A stretch of 64,000 bases of DNA from assembly GCF_009914755.1 (NCBI RefSeq), contig NC_060925.1, one strand, 5' to 3'. Shown here one piece after another: positions 29,261 to 42,925 of this stretch. The stretch is from the human T2T-CHM13v2.0 reference genome, Homo sapiens. Each line of letters starts with the position of its first letter. The first letter of the stretch is position 1. A model generated the notes under the pieces. That model ran no database searches. It was not told where the DNA came from and was given only the letters and a program-made list of their open reading frames with translations. Both the position numbers and the translations under genes were made by a program.

Positions 29261-31910
29261 ATACCGTCAAAGGTCAATAAGGGAGAAAGACTTTTAACCT
29301 ACTAAATCTCATAAACGGGAAAAAAATCCCTGTTTATTACAATGAGTAATTACTGTGTCAAAAGTAAATACAAGACTAACTGTAGCCATTTACAAAATTA
29401 TAATAAATTTTCTGGACTTTCATGTTAAGGTGGAAGAATAAAATAAAAATTCCCCAATTAATACTCCACTCCTTCATGAATCCTGGTCAAAGTTGTCTTT
29501 CTTTTCCTATTCACGTCAGTCACTGCAGTAAACAATTCCTTTGGCTTCTATTGCCAACCTGCTAATTCTTTCCCTTTCTGCTCATCAAATATTTTTGTGA
29601 AGCACCCCAGAGCTTTAGTCATTTATGAGTTCATGTGTGGGTCAGGTGTGTTTCTTTGTATTTTTGGTTTTCTACATTTTTTTCCGTTATATTATGAACT
29701 TTTCATGGAGTAGCAAAGGTGTTGTTATTTATTAATGAGATTATATAATCATAAATAGGAAACAGACCCTTGAGTGAAAAAATTAGAATTCCTCAAACAC
29801 AGTAAATCAAGCCAACAGAAAATCCAATAGCTCATGTAACTAAAAAACCTTAATGTCATATTATTATCATGCTTGTATTATCTACCCACTCAATAGGTTC
29901 AGCTTGCTTTCCGGTTTCCAAAACATCAGTAAATATTTACTTACCTTATTCATCTTTGTTAGCTTTTAAATCTCTTGAGAAGAAAACTGGTCTCTTTCAA
30001 ATGATTATTTATCAAGGCCAAAGCCTCTGTGGTAGTTTGAGTAGGAAACCATAGCTCATTTTAAATGACGACATTTAGATATATAAAGGAAACTCTTGAC
30101 AGTGTCTGGAAGTAGGAAATGTTATCAGTCTCAGAAGCCAAACTTTGATTTGGGCAGGAGACACTAGTGCAGTATGCCTTTGAGCTGTCATATTTGCTAT
30201 TTTGGGAGGCTTCTTTATACTGTACACACTACCTCAATTTCTAGATGTTTTTAGAAAACAGCTCTGAAACCTCTAAAGACTTTGCATACATGTTCTAGTC
30301 ATCATCTCTGTGAAATGCACCTGGGGCCACCACTTAGTATTTCTTCTTCTCTGTCACTGCCTCTACCCAGTTCCTCAACCCTTTCACCTACAATGCTTCA
30401 AATTTTCTTATACTAAAGCTTATATTTCTTGATGCAAATACTTCTAGGAATGGTGATTAATAAAAACCTAATCCTTGAAATATACCTTGTGTGACTATAT
30501 GAATCAGATAATTTCCTAACAGAAGTGTCTGACCACAATAGGGTAAAGATATATATATTGTGATGATGAGCAAGCTGGATCAGAGAAGATAGCATAATAG
30601 ATGAGGAAAAGTAAGGAGAGGCTCAGGTGACTGGAGGCAATCTTTGAAGGTAAGCTTGCCTCAAATCAGGGCTTTACATTTCTTATACAGATGACTTCCC
30701 ACAAGTGTTTTAACCATTTTGTCATTTAAATATCTCAATAATCCAGAACCCTCAATTTAAATATCAGTCTTAATGTTAACTCTATTGATAAAACAAATGC
30801 AGACACACTCTGTACAAACACTTCTTAAGTATAACCTTGTAGATACTTTGGGGTGAAACAAGTTTCCCATTATAAGAATGCAGGACATTTTGAGTAGATG
30901 GTTTATTATGAGAGGAAATCACAGTCAAATAACTAGAGTTCCCAACCATTAATTCTTTTTTCCCAATTGATTTGATAGGGATAGAAATGTCTTGTAAGCT
31001 AATGAGATGTTGTACGTTTTGGCTGTTGATTTAATTCTGCATCGATGACCTGAAAAACATGTTCTTCTGTTAGAAGAGTGATTACATAGAATAAGAAGTG
31101 GAGTAAATAAAGATATTAATCTGGAGTGGTTGATTATATTGCTGTTAAATAATTAAAATAATGCCAAATGATGCCAGTGATTACTGAGCTGGGAAATTCA
31201 GGGATCACCTAATCCCTTTTCAACTCTGAAAGTCCACATTAGCCACTCAGTAAATAATACATTTTTATTTATTCATAGTATTATAAGGTTGAATAAAGTT
31301 AGGGCCCTGTTTTTAAAAAGATCACTGTTGTTCATCTCTGGGTTGTCCTATACCATTTTTTCTTCTCTTTCCCTTCCTTTCCCCTGTCTGCCCTCTTTTC
31401 TCCCTTCCTGAGCTAACTTTACTCTTACAATCACAGTATAAGTCAAATTATTTGTCTACTCATAGAATCTTACTTTTTCGCCCACATTTCCCCTTCTCAT
31501 ACTTAGAAAAAAATCCTACGTGAAAGACATTAATAAAGAGAGAACTTTTGATCTGTATTCTAGCTTTTCCTTTTGTAAAACACAATTATTCTTATTTGAT
31601 AAATTTGCGTCTTACAATGTAAGCAAGAGTGTAATCATCTAATGAGTTTACCATACTTTGGCACAACCAATATATACAGGTACTCTACAAGTATAATGTG
31701 ATTGATAGAAAATATTTTTTTATTTTACAGGAAAAGTGTGATTGTGATATGAAAACTTGCATGATATTCAAAGCATAGCAATGTATATTGTCAGGAGAGG
31801 CTTTGATCAACATCTCTGCAAATCTTTGCTGTGTATCAAAGCATGACAAAGGCTGGTTCACTGCAGTTGCTGCCACTGTTACTGTTAGTTACTGCTATGA
31901 GTACAATTTT

Positions 31911-32262
31911 ACCTCAAATTATAGCAAATGTGCACAGATTTTTTTGTGTGTAGGTAAGATGCCATCATTTTGTTCACCTAATTCTCATTAATATCCTCCA
32001 GCCCTCTTTCAAACTGGTTTTAGAATTTCTCATGTCCTCATTCCTGGATTCACACCTTTCACTCCAAGCTGACGGTCTGAAAATGTTATCACACTTATTC
32101 AATTCAATTTGAAGTATTTTAAAAAAATTATCTCTCATATTTTTCTTGCTCCTGGCAGACAAGATCAACATAGCGTCAGCCAAAAAAGTACAAGTTAAAA
32201 GTTAATGAATGTGAAATATGAAATTTGGACAAGGAATTATATCTTACCTTCCTCATTTCAAA
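31911..32262. repeat. Left arm of ~350-bp inverted duplication
   Basis: Reverse complement of 34500-34863; 26-bp perfect core 32140-32165 / 34627-34652. Confidence 0.9.
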
Positions 32263-32539
32263 ACCCCTTTCTCATTAACTCTGGTTCAAAGCAGAGACTG
32301 TCTGTTTCAAGGTAGGATTAGAAACTGAGCAAAGAATGAATTCCTTAGAGTATTATTGCATTGACTTTGGTCTTTTAGGGATCTGGAAAGAGATCTGATT
32401 CTTGAAGTAAAGTAGTGTCCTGAATATTTCAGACCTTGAAGACTATGAAATTATTTTAAATAAGGAGAAAAAAGAGCAATATGTTTAACAAATACTACTT
32501 AAATAAGGAACAAGTAAAACAAGAGAGATGTAATATCTT

Positions 32540-32588
<49 letters not shown>

Positions 32589-32605
32589 GATACACACACA
32601 CACAC
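32540..32605. repeat. Compound (CT)n(AT)n(AC)n microsatellite
   Basis: Direct reading. Confidence 0.95.
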
Positions 32606-34499
32606 TTTCATCTTGCATCTGAAATAACTAAACAAAATTTTGGGCAAAAATACCAAATGTTATATTTTAATATAAAATTAATATACCATAAAACATTAAA
32701 ATTATTTATTACAATTTGTTTCTTGGATGCCCTGCTAGAGTCAGAACAAGTCCAGTGTTGGACAATAAAATAAAAAGAAATATTACTAAATGTAAAACTT
32801 ATGAAATATGCCTGGTGTAACAAAAAATAATTTTTAAATGTCCAATCTTAAAGTTAAATACAAACATATCAACAATCAGTGACCAATGAGTTGAATCCAC
32901 ATAGTATATATATTTTTTATTCTTTTTACTCTTCTACTAATAAAAACTTGGGTGGAGGGGAAGTCATTGCAAGCAAAACACATGCAAGAAATGTTGAAAT
33001 AGAAGTACCTACGTGAGCTTAGTTGCAAAATACCAAAAGACACTGATGATGAATTCTCTTTTCATTCTTTACTAGGCCCAGTAAACCAAAAAAAAAAAAA
33101 AAAAAAAAAACTTACCTTGTGATGTATTTATGCCAAACCTGTTTTTTAAAGGAATATTGTTCACAGACCAAGAAACTCCATTCTCTTTACTGAACCTCAA
33201 AAGAATTTATTTGCATTTTGGATATCAAAATATCAAGAACTCCAAGGAAAAAAATAATCAAACAAAATGTTTTTTTTTTACTATTGTTTCTTTTACATTT
33301 TACTCAAGATAAAATTAAGACTAATGATCAAATATAACCCACTCTGATTCCTTAGCTCTCTGCCTGTGAGGCTGTTGTCTCTGTTGGAGAGGTTCATTCT
33401 TATGAAACCTGTTACTTTTATGTTACTCTTATGAAACCTGTTTCTCATTTGGGGTTCTGAGAGGCAGGGCTTCTTGTCTTCTCTAACAGAAATGTTACAA
33501 AAGAGCAATCAGTGGCAATTTATAATATCCTGTTTGTCTATGTGATAAAAGAATTGTCATTTAGCAAATGACCAAGAGGCTTGACCTGCTACATAGGATT
33601 TTCTAAGGATCTTTGGTAGTATCCCCCAATCCTGAAATGTAGAAAGAAACCAGATATTCCTGGTTGCTAACGTTGAGGAAATACCTCCCGTTTGGTTTCC
33701 ACATTGGGTTGAGCTACCCTCATTTAAGGAAGTTTTCAAAGAACACTTGCATCCCTCTGTACTCTCTCTTCTGTTAGGAAGAAGGGTCTACTCTGAGTGT
33801 CTAACATGCACTGATTGGGTTGCATTTTCCCAGTGAGTGACATCAGGGTGCAAAGGATATTTGCCTTGTGTTTGACATCACTTGCTTCTTTTGCTTGTGA
33901 ATTTTGTGCACTAGACATGCCTGACAAATCCTTCCCTACTTCCAGCCCTGACCCCTATTATGCAGAATAGGCAGTCATTTTCACTGTGCTCCACCTATCT
34001 GTGACCAAGTGGCTGTAGGCATGGTGTTCGTAGTTTAGGGGAGAAAGAGTTCCAATTTGGGCCTCAGTTTTGGGCTCTTATAAGCCGTGCTTAGTAACTG
34101 TACAGATTAGTAAAACTGCTGCTTTGTTTCTCACTTAGCTAGTGATGCAAATGTGTACAAATATGTATCATCTCTTGGTCTGAACTCCAGAAAGGAGGTA
34201 GAACAAATGACATTCCCTATACCTCATATATAACAAATTTAAAATACCACAAGATTTTATTAATTATTGTAGTATTTTCTAAGTAATGGAAATGATGATT
34301 AACATCATATTTCTTTTTTAGCCATGAAATCAATGATTTCAAAATGCTTTCAGGGTTTGACAGGCTGTGTTTAGATTCAATATTGTGTGTTAAGGGTTTT
34401 TATAGTTTTGTATAGGCTTGTATAAGGCAATAGAGGCTCATTGTGGATTAATAATTTTCATTGCCACATTTGTCACCAAAATGTGTCCTGTTTCCTTGA

Positions 34500-34863
34500 T
34501 TTGAAATGAGAGAGTCAAGATATAATATCTTGTCCAAATTTCACATTAAAGCTGTGAACTTATATCTCTCCCATCAACATACCATCAGCTAAAAAAGTAC
34601 AAGTTAAAAGTCATCAACTAAATAAAATCTTGTCTGCCAGGAGCAAGAAAAACATGAGATAATTTTAAAAATATACCAATAAGTGTGATAACATTTTCAG
34701 GCTGTTGGCTTAGAGTAAAAGGTATGAATCCAGGAATATGGACATCAGAATTTCCTAAACAAGTGTGGAGGGTAGCTAGAGAGTATGAATGAAAATTAGA
34801 TGAACCAAATGATAGTATCTTATCTGTGCAATAAATCTGTGTACATTCCCTCTAATTTGAAGT
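34500..34863. repeat. Right arm of ~350-bp inverted duplication
   Basis: See left arm. Confidence 0.9.
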
Positions 34864-35848
34864 CTAATGTCTCTGTGTAAGGTGTCACAATTAACCCCTA
34901 TTAATCTATCCATCCATCCATCCATCCATCCATTCATCTACTCATCCTTTAATCAAAGTACATATTGAATACTTGGTATAACTCAGGTACAAAAATATGC
35001 AGAAATTTACCCAGAAAGCAAATATACCTGGAAACTCAGACATTTTTTCCAGAGTTCTCTCTTCTTCCTACCTTCCATATTCAGTTTCCCAGTCTCACGG
35101 GTTTTACCTCCTTAGTTGTATTAGATTACGTTCCCTTTTTCTTTATTCCTACTAACACCAACTGGTCCAGCTCCTCACCACTTACCAAACAGAATACGAT
35201 ACTATTCTGTAAATCAGAGTATATGACTCTTCAAGGAGGAAGCACAGATCAGACATGGGAGTGTTTTTAATGAGAGTAGACTTTGGATCCCAGCTATCTG
35301 AAGTTCTTGGAAAAGAAGAGGTAGCAGTGGCAGATAGAGAGAAGGAAAGCATTGGCCTAGACATAACTTTTGTAGCAGTATTTGACTTATTTCGTCCTAC
35401 TCCCTTTACATTCTGCTTTTTATGGCCTATAATTACTTTTCAAAGAAGGGACTATCTGTATGTTAAATTGGTAACTCATAGAAGTTAAAAGGTTGCTGTA
35501 AATGAGTACCTGTCCATATTCACTTTTTTTTAAACCTACTCTTTCTTTAGGGAGGGATAGAATTAGAAAATGTTTTCCTAGTGAGCACTAGAAGAAAGAA
35601 TAGGTGCTACTGAAGGAGAAGAGATAATAATGAAGAAGTTGGAGATCCTGAAGACAAACATCCAAACTTCAAATTCGATTATTTTGATTCATACTGATTG
35701 TCATTATTTTCTAAAGAAAAAATTGGTTTGTGTCTGGTTCTTCTGAGATAATACTGCTTAAACCATGGTATAAACTATGAGTATAAGAACTTACTGGCAT
35801 CTTGATGCTGGAAACTAATAAGCCAGATGTACTGGAAACTAATAAGTC

Positions 35849-35876
35849 ATATATATATATATATATATATATATAT
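35849..35876. repeat. (AT)n microsatellite
   Basis: Direct reading. Confidence 0.95.
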
Positions 35877-35983
35877 TTCAAAACAGTCTATAAATCGAAG
35901 TATTTTTGAAAGCTCATAGGAGACCCCATTTAGAACAATAGAGCCAGACTACAACTTTGAGAGAGTGAGGTTTTACTTTTCAG

Positions 35984-36189
35984 CAGGGATGTCGAATCTT
36001 TTGGCTTCCCTGGATTACATTAGAAGAGGAAGAATTGTGTTGGGCCACACATAAAATACACTAATACTAATGATAGCTGATGAGCTAAAAAAAATCGCAA
36101 AAAAAAAAATCTCAGAATGTTTTAAGAAAGTTTACGAATTTGTGTAGGGCCACATTCAAAGTTGGCAGCCTGCTGGTTGGACAAGCTTG
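35984..36189 (+). mobile_element. MER30 (hAT-Charlie MITE)
   Basis: CAGGGATGTCGAATCTTTTGGCTTCCCTGG...GGTTGGACAAGCTTG; 8-bp TSD CTTTTCAG / CTATTCAG. Confidence 0.92.
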
Positions 36190-36574
36190 CTATTCAGTAT
36201 GGGTGTCAATGTCCTAGATCCCCCAAACAGGATATTGCAATTTAAACAATTCCCTTGGGGAAAGGGAAATAGTCATGTTGTTATTCTTTAACCATGGACA
36301 AGCTTTGAAATAACTGAATAGGGTATTCAGAAACCTAATGAACTATGCTGTAAATACTATTGAAACTTCAGTTTCAAGGTGGGACATGGTTATTACGCAG
36401 TATTTTCTCAAGGGCATGCAAGGACACTAAAAATCTCCACTGCTATGTGTGTTCCATATGCATACTGGATTTTAAAATACCACAAGGGGTTTGGATGTGT
36501 AGGTAGGTAATCAAGAGGCAGCAGTGTGAACTACTTTTAAAAGTAGTTGCATTATGGACAAATATATAATTATA

Positions 36575-36703
36575 TGTCGCCCAGGCTGGAGTTCAGTGGT
36601 GCATTATGGCTCATTGCAGCTGAGAAATCCTGAGCTTAAGCAATCCTCCTGCTTCAGCCTCCCAAAGTGCTGGGATTACAGTTGTGAGCCACCGCATTTA
36701 GCC
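36575..36703 (-). mobile_element. Old Alu monomer (FAM/FRAM or AluJ arm hybrid)
   Basis: Single-arm Alu text without a tail. Confidence 0.8.
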
Positions 36704-38484
36704 TATATGTTCCTTGTCATGTGAAAAATTCTATAGTTTTGTTTATTTTTGAGCAGATAGTTTTCTGTTTCTTTTGAAAAGCATGAGAAATCTGATTCAA
36801 TCTTATTTCAAAATGGGTTGATTTTTTTCGATAGTGATAAAGACATACTCATAAAATATAAGCTGAGAATTTGAAATGTGTATGTAGTAATATATTACTT
36901 TTCTGCAGACTTCTGGGAAGAGAAGCCTGAAAGTCAAAATAACACATTAAGTGAATGGAGGAAACTAGTGAGAAGAGCTGCTGTGGATGTTTCATTTGAA
37001 TGCTTTATTTAAAGATCTCTTCTACAGCTATAGGAGCTTATTGGACGACAACACAAAGGCTGGTGATGTGACACCCCCTGCTGACCTGCGGGAGAATGCT
37101 ATGTCGTTATCCTTGAGCATTTACTCCCAAGTCTCCAGGCCTTTTCCATCAGTTATTATGACTGATGATATGCTATGTTTCTTCATCTCAGATTACAAGG
37201 AAAATTGGTAATTTCAGGAAAGCTTAGAAGTTGGTTTGAGAAGTTGGCCCATTCTTATCTTTTACTCTTAGCTTTTATAACATCAAAGCAATTCCAGTAA
37301 TGAATGTGTTGTCTTGGAATTATGTCGTCAGTCTTGGATTATACTAAATTATTTAGGCCAATTATATTAGATCAATTTTACAGACACAGAAACTAAGGTT
37401 AGTAAACAAGATAGATGAAATGATATATGCTAAATACAGTGAAATTCGTTTTTCATTTGTTGGGTTTTTGTTTATTGTTTTGACAGTCAGATTAGTGGGG
37501 TTGGTATACACTCACGTCTCTAGAGAATCTAAGAGCCTTTTCTATTTTTCCAATGCCTATAAGTAGGGACCAAAGACCAAAAGTGGTCTCTTTCTGGCCG
37601 CTTCCAGAAGGGAACGTCAGACCCAATAGCATTTCTGATAACTGTTGGCTTAGAATTTGATCCAGCTTTGGGTCTTCTAATGGACAAAGATGTGAGATCA
37701 TTTTCTGTCCTTTTAAATTCTTGTGTTAATTCTCTAAAGCTCCTAAAACTTAGTGATTTGCATTACGCAACACTTGAAGAAAGTGGCAAAGCTGGAGCTA
37801 CAATTTGATTCTAAGTTTACATAAACTTGAGAATAGGAACCAGATCTTCCTAAAAGTGCTATATCGCCAAGTAGGAATAATTTTTGCTAAAATTTTTGGT
37901 AAATTTCTTTGCCAATTGAGGAATTTGTGTTAAAGTCCCACAAAAATGTTGACTTTATTATAGATTGCCAGTGCATATCATTTAAAAGTAAATATTTTAG
38001 ATCTCAAGTTACTGAAAGCCATTTATTCAATGTTTTCTGTTGAAAAATATTTTAATATTATAGTCCCTCCTCTATTCTCTCTTCCTTCATTTGGGACACA
38101 TTCATGTTTCTTATCAAAGAAAAAGAGATGCTAAATTCAGATTAAGTATCTCAGCACTTACTCAGATAAAGTAACTCAGCACTTGGAGTAGCAGCTGGCA
38201 CATGGGAAGGGACCATAAACATTAGCTATCATCAGAAGGCTCTAAAGCAGTAGTTCTAAGAAGGTGACACGTGGATACCTGGGCAGTCTGCAAAATCTTA
38301 TCAGGAGGTTCATAAGGCAAAATATCTTCATAATATTTAGGTATTATTTGCCTTGCCATCATTATTTACCATCGCTAGTAGTCACTGGACTCTTTATTAG
38401 AAGTACTGGTGCCAGTTTTAGTAGTCATTGCATATTTACCACCACACAATATCAATTAAAAGAAAAGAATAGGATGCTCGTGAG

Positions 38485-38783
38485 AGCCAGCCATGGTGGC
38501 TCACGCCTGTAATCCCAGCACTTTGGGGAGGCTGAGGTGGGAGGATCGCTTGAGCCCAGGAGATTGAAACCAGCCTGAGCAACATAGTGAGACCTTATAT
38601 CTATATATATATTTTTTAATTTAGCTGGGCCTGGTAGTGTGCACCCATAGCCCAGGAGTTTGAGGGCTGCAGTGGGCTGTGATTGTGACACTGCAGTCCA
38701 GAAGTCAGCCTGGGCAACAAAGCAAGACCCTGTCTGAAACAAAACAAAACAAACAAACATAAAAAACGAAAGAAAGAAAAAAA
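38485..38783 (+). mobile_element. AluJ (internally deleted)
   Basis: GGAGGATCGCTTGAGCCCAGGAG AluJ motif; (AAAC)n tail. Confidence 0.9.
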
Positions 38784-39372
38784 ATGCCCTTGAGAACTAC
38801 TAAAAATTAGTAACATTATTAAATCCCAACTGTTGAGTACATATCTTTTTAATATTCTGTGTGATGGAAGGGAAGAATGCATGAAACACTTGCGTCACAC
38901 TAAAGCATGGTGCTGTTTTTAGGAAAAGCATGTATGTAATTGAGCTGTGAGCCATCTTTTATGAAATACCATTTTGAAAGACCAAGTGACAGACAAACTA
39001 TGGTTATTTAGACTTTAGTATTTGGCAGACATTTTCTCAAAAAATAATGGAATGAGTCTGTTGTCACCTCAAGGAAACAACTAACAGGATTTGTTGCCAA
39101 TAATAACATTTGAGGTTTCACATGAAAGTTAGAATATTGAGAAACTTCCAATATTCCAATATCTTCCACTATGGTCTTGATAGTTTTTAAATACTTAAAG
39201 ACTTTCCTGATGAAACTAGTAGTGATATTATCAAACATGATGTTTCATTTTCTGTAATAAAATGTGTAATTTCTCTTATTCAAGCAGCAGAGACAGAAAA
39301 CAAAAGAACCTGAAATAAATGAAATATGTCAATATTTTAAAGAGTTACATAACTAAACGAACCAATGTTTTT

Positions 39373-40699
<1,327 letters not shown>

Positions 40700-41794
40700 T
40701 AATATTTTTCAAATGATGAACACATTATGCTACAAAGTCATGCATAGTTAAAAGATCTATTCCAAGTACAAGACAGACTAATGGATTCTAATGTAAAAAA
40801 GCACGAAAAGTTAATTGCTATCTGGTTTAAGATTCCACATTTCAGCTCACCTTTAAGAAATTGCCACTTGTCAAGTTTTGATTGGTATCAAAGAAGAGTA
40901 CTGATAATTTTCTAAAAAGGCTGTTAAATACTTCTCTTTTTTCAACAGCATATCTGTGAGGTTGGATTTTCTGAATCATATACTTCAACCACAACAGTAT
41001 ATTGCAATTGACTGAATACAGAAACAGTATAAGAATCCAACTCTCTTCTACTCAGCCACACAGGAAAGAGATTTGCAAAAATGTCCAATAATATCATTCT
41101 TTTCCCTAAGTCTTCTTTGTTTGGAAAATATAGTTATTTTTCATAAAAGTGTATTAAGTTTAACATACAATGGATTTATTATTGCTATTTAAAAACAAAT
41201 ATATAGACAATCGTTTTAAATCTTTCTGTCTTGATATCAACTATAGTAGACAATAGCTATAACCCATACAATCAAAAGCTCTTTTAAGGTCTCAATAATT
41301 TTAAAGAGTGTCAATGATTTTGAGACCACAGAGTTTCAGTAAATATCTATTGGGTAATTGTTTAGAACATAGTATCTCCTCAGTTTAGGACTCTAGAAAA
41401 TAGGATGAGGACTATAATTGTGTGCAGAAAATCAACTGGAATATAGCAACAATGTGATAATGGGAAATTTGTTATAAAAATCATTTGCTTTGAATTAAGG
41501 AGAAAGAAACAATTGGTTGTGACTAGAGGCATATACTAATTAATGAAATTTTTTTAGAGGCTAGTTATGATTTAGTTTCAGCTGGAGAATTGTGAAGTTA
41601 TTGTTTACTGTCTTGTCAGCGTAAGGGTAGTTATCAGTGGAGATATCCACGGTGAAATTTAGGAATATACATGCATTTCAATATGTTTGAAATTAAAAAA
41701 AAAATATGTTTGAGATTATGTCTATGAAGCTAGCTTCATAAGAGTAATTTCTTAGATTTCCTTCTTCACTCTACAAACCAGAGTAGTTTCACTA

Positions 41795-42040
41795 CAGTGT
41801 CTGTACTGAGGATATACAGACTTTTTTCTTGTTATTATTCCCTAAACAATACAACAACAATTTATATTGCATTTACATTGTATTAAGTATTACAGGTAAT
41901 CTAGAGGTTACAAGAGGATATGTGTAGGTTATATGCAAACATGACACCATTTTATATCAGTGACTAGAGCATCTGCAGATTTTGGTATCTGTGGGAAGTC
42001 CCGAAACCGATCTCCTATGGATCAGTGAGGGATGACTGTA
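41795..42040. mobile_element. MER2 (TcMar-Tigger) fragment
   Basis: ATTATTCCCTAAACAATACA...GCAGATTTTGGTATC...GAGGGATGACTGTA. Confidence 0.85.
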
Positions 42041-42049
42041 TGTAGATAT

Positions 42050-42555
42050 ATAGGAAGAGATTTATTATGAGAATTGGTTCACATGATTATGGAGGCCAGG
42101 AAGTCACACAATATGCCATCTACAAGCTGGAGAACTAGGAAAGCCAGTAGTGCAATTCAGTCCAAGACCAAAGGGCTGAGTACCTGAGGGGCCTGTGGTA
42201 TAACTTCCACTCCAAGACTCAAGGCCTGAGAGCTGAGGGACTGCTAGTGTAAGTTCCAGAGTCCAAAGGCCCTAGAACCTGGATCTCTGAGGTCCCAGGG
42301 TGGAAGAAAGTGGATGTCCCAGCTCTGGAAGAGAGAGCAAATTCACTCTTCCTCCACTTTTTTGTTCTATTTGGGCCCTTTATGGATTGGCTGATCCCTG
42401 CCCGCATAAGTGAGGGCAGATCTTCTTACTGGGTGCTTTGATTCAAATGCTAATCTTTCCCAGAAACACCCTACAGGCACACCCAGATATAATGTTTTAT
42501 TACCTATGTGGGTATCATTTCACAAAGTCAAAATCATATAAAATTTATTATCATA
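42050..42555 (-). mobile_element. ERVL MLT2 LTR
   Basis: GATTTATTATGAGAATTGGTTCACATGATTATGGAGGC...GATTCAAATGCTAATCT. Confidence 0.9.
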
Positions 42556-42577
42556 CTCCATAAGAGTGTTTATTACT

Positions 42578-42838
42578 GGCCAGGGGCAGTGGCTCAAGCC
42601 TGTATTCCCAGCACTTTGGGAGGCTGAGACAGTAGGATTACTTGAGCTCAAGAATTCAAGATGATCCTGGGCAACAAGCAAGATCCCCTCTCTCCAAAAA
42701 AAAAAAAAAAAAAACAAAAAGGAAGTTGGTCATAATGGCCCATGGTAGTCCCAGCTACTTGAAAGGTTGAGGTGGGCAGATCATTTGAGCTTAGGACTTC
42801 AAGCCTGGGTGACAGAGCGAGACCCAGTCTCAAAAAAA
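42578..42838 (+). mobile_element. AluJ (deleted right arm, expanded middle A-tract)
   Basis: Alu text; approximate TSD AGTGT(G)TTATT. Confidence 0.85.
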
Positions 42839-42889
42839 GTGTGTTATTTTATTATTATATTTATTATTACAACTTTTTTTTCATAGATT

Positions 42890-42925
42890 TGTGTGTGTGT
42901 GTGTGTGTGCACGCATGCGTGTGTA
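42890..42925. repeat. (TG)n microsatellite
   Basis: Direct reading. Confidence 0.9.

Noticed and set aside
33398-35846. Short 15-25-bp doublets (TCTTATGAAACCTGTT, CTGGAAACTAATAAG; also 12825-12867)
   Set aside because: Ordinary slippage micro-duplications.
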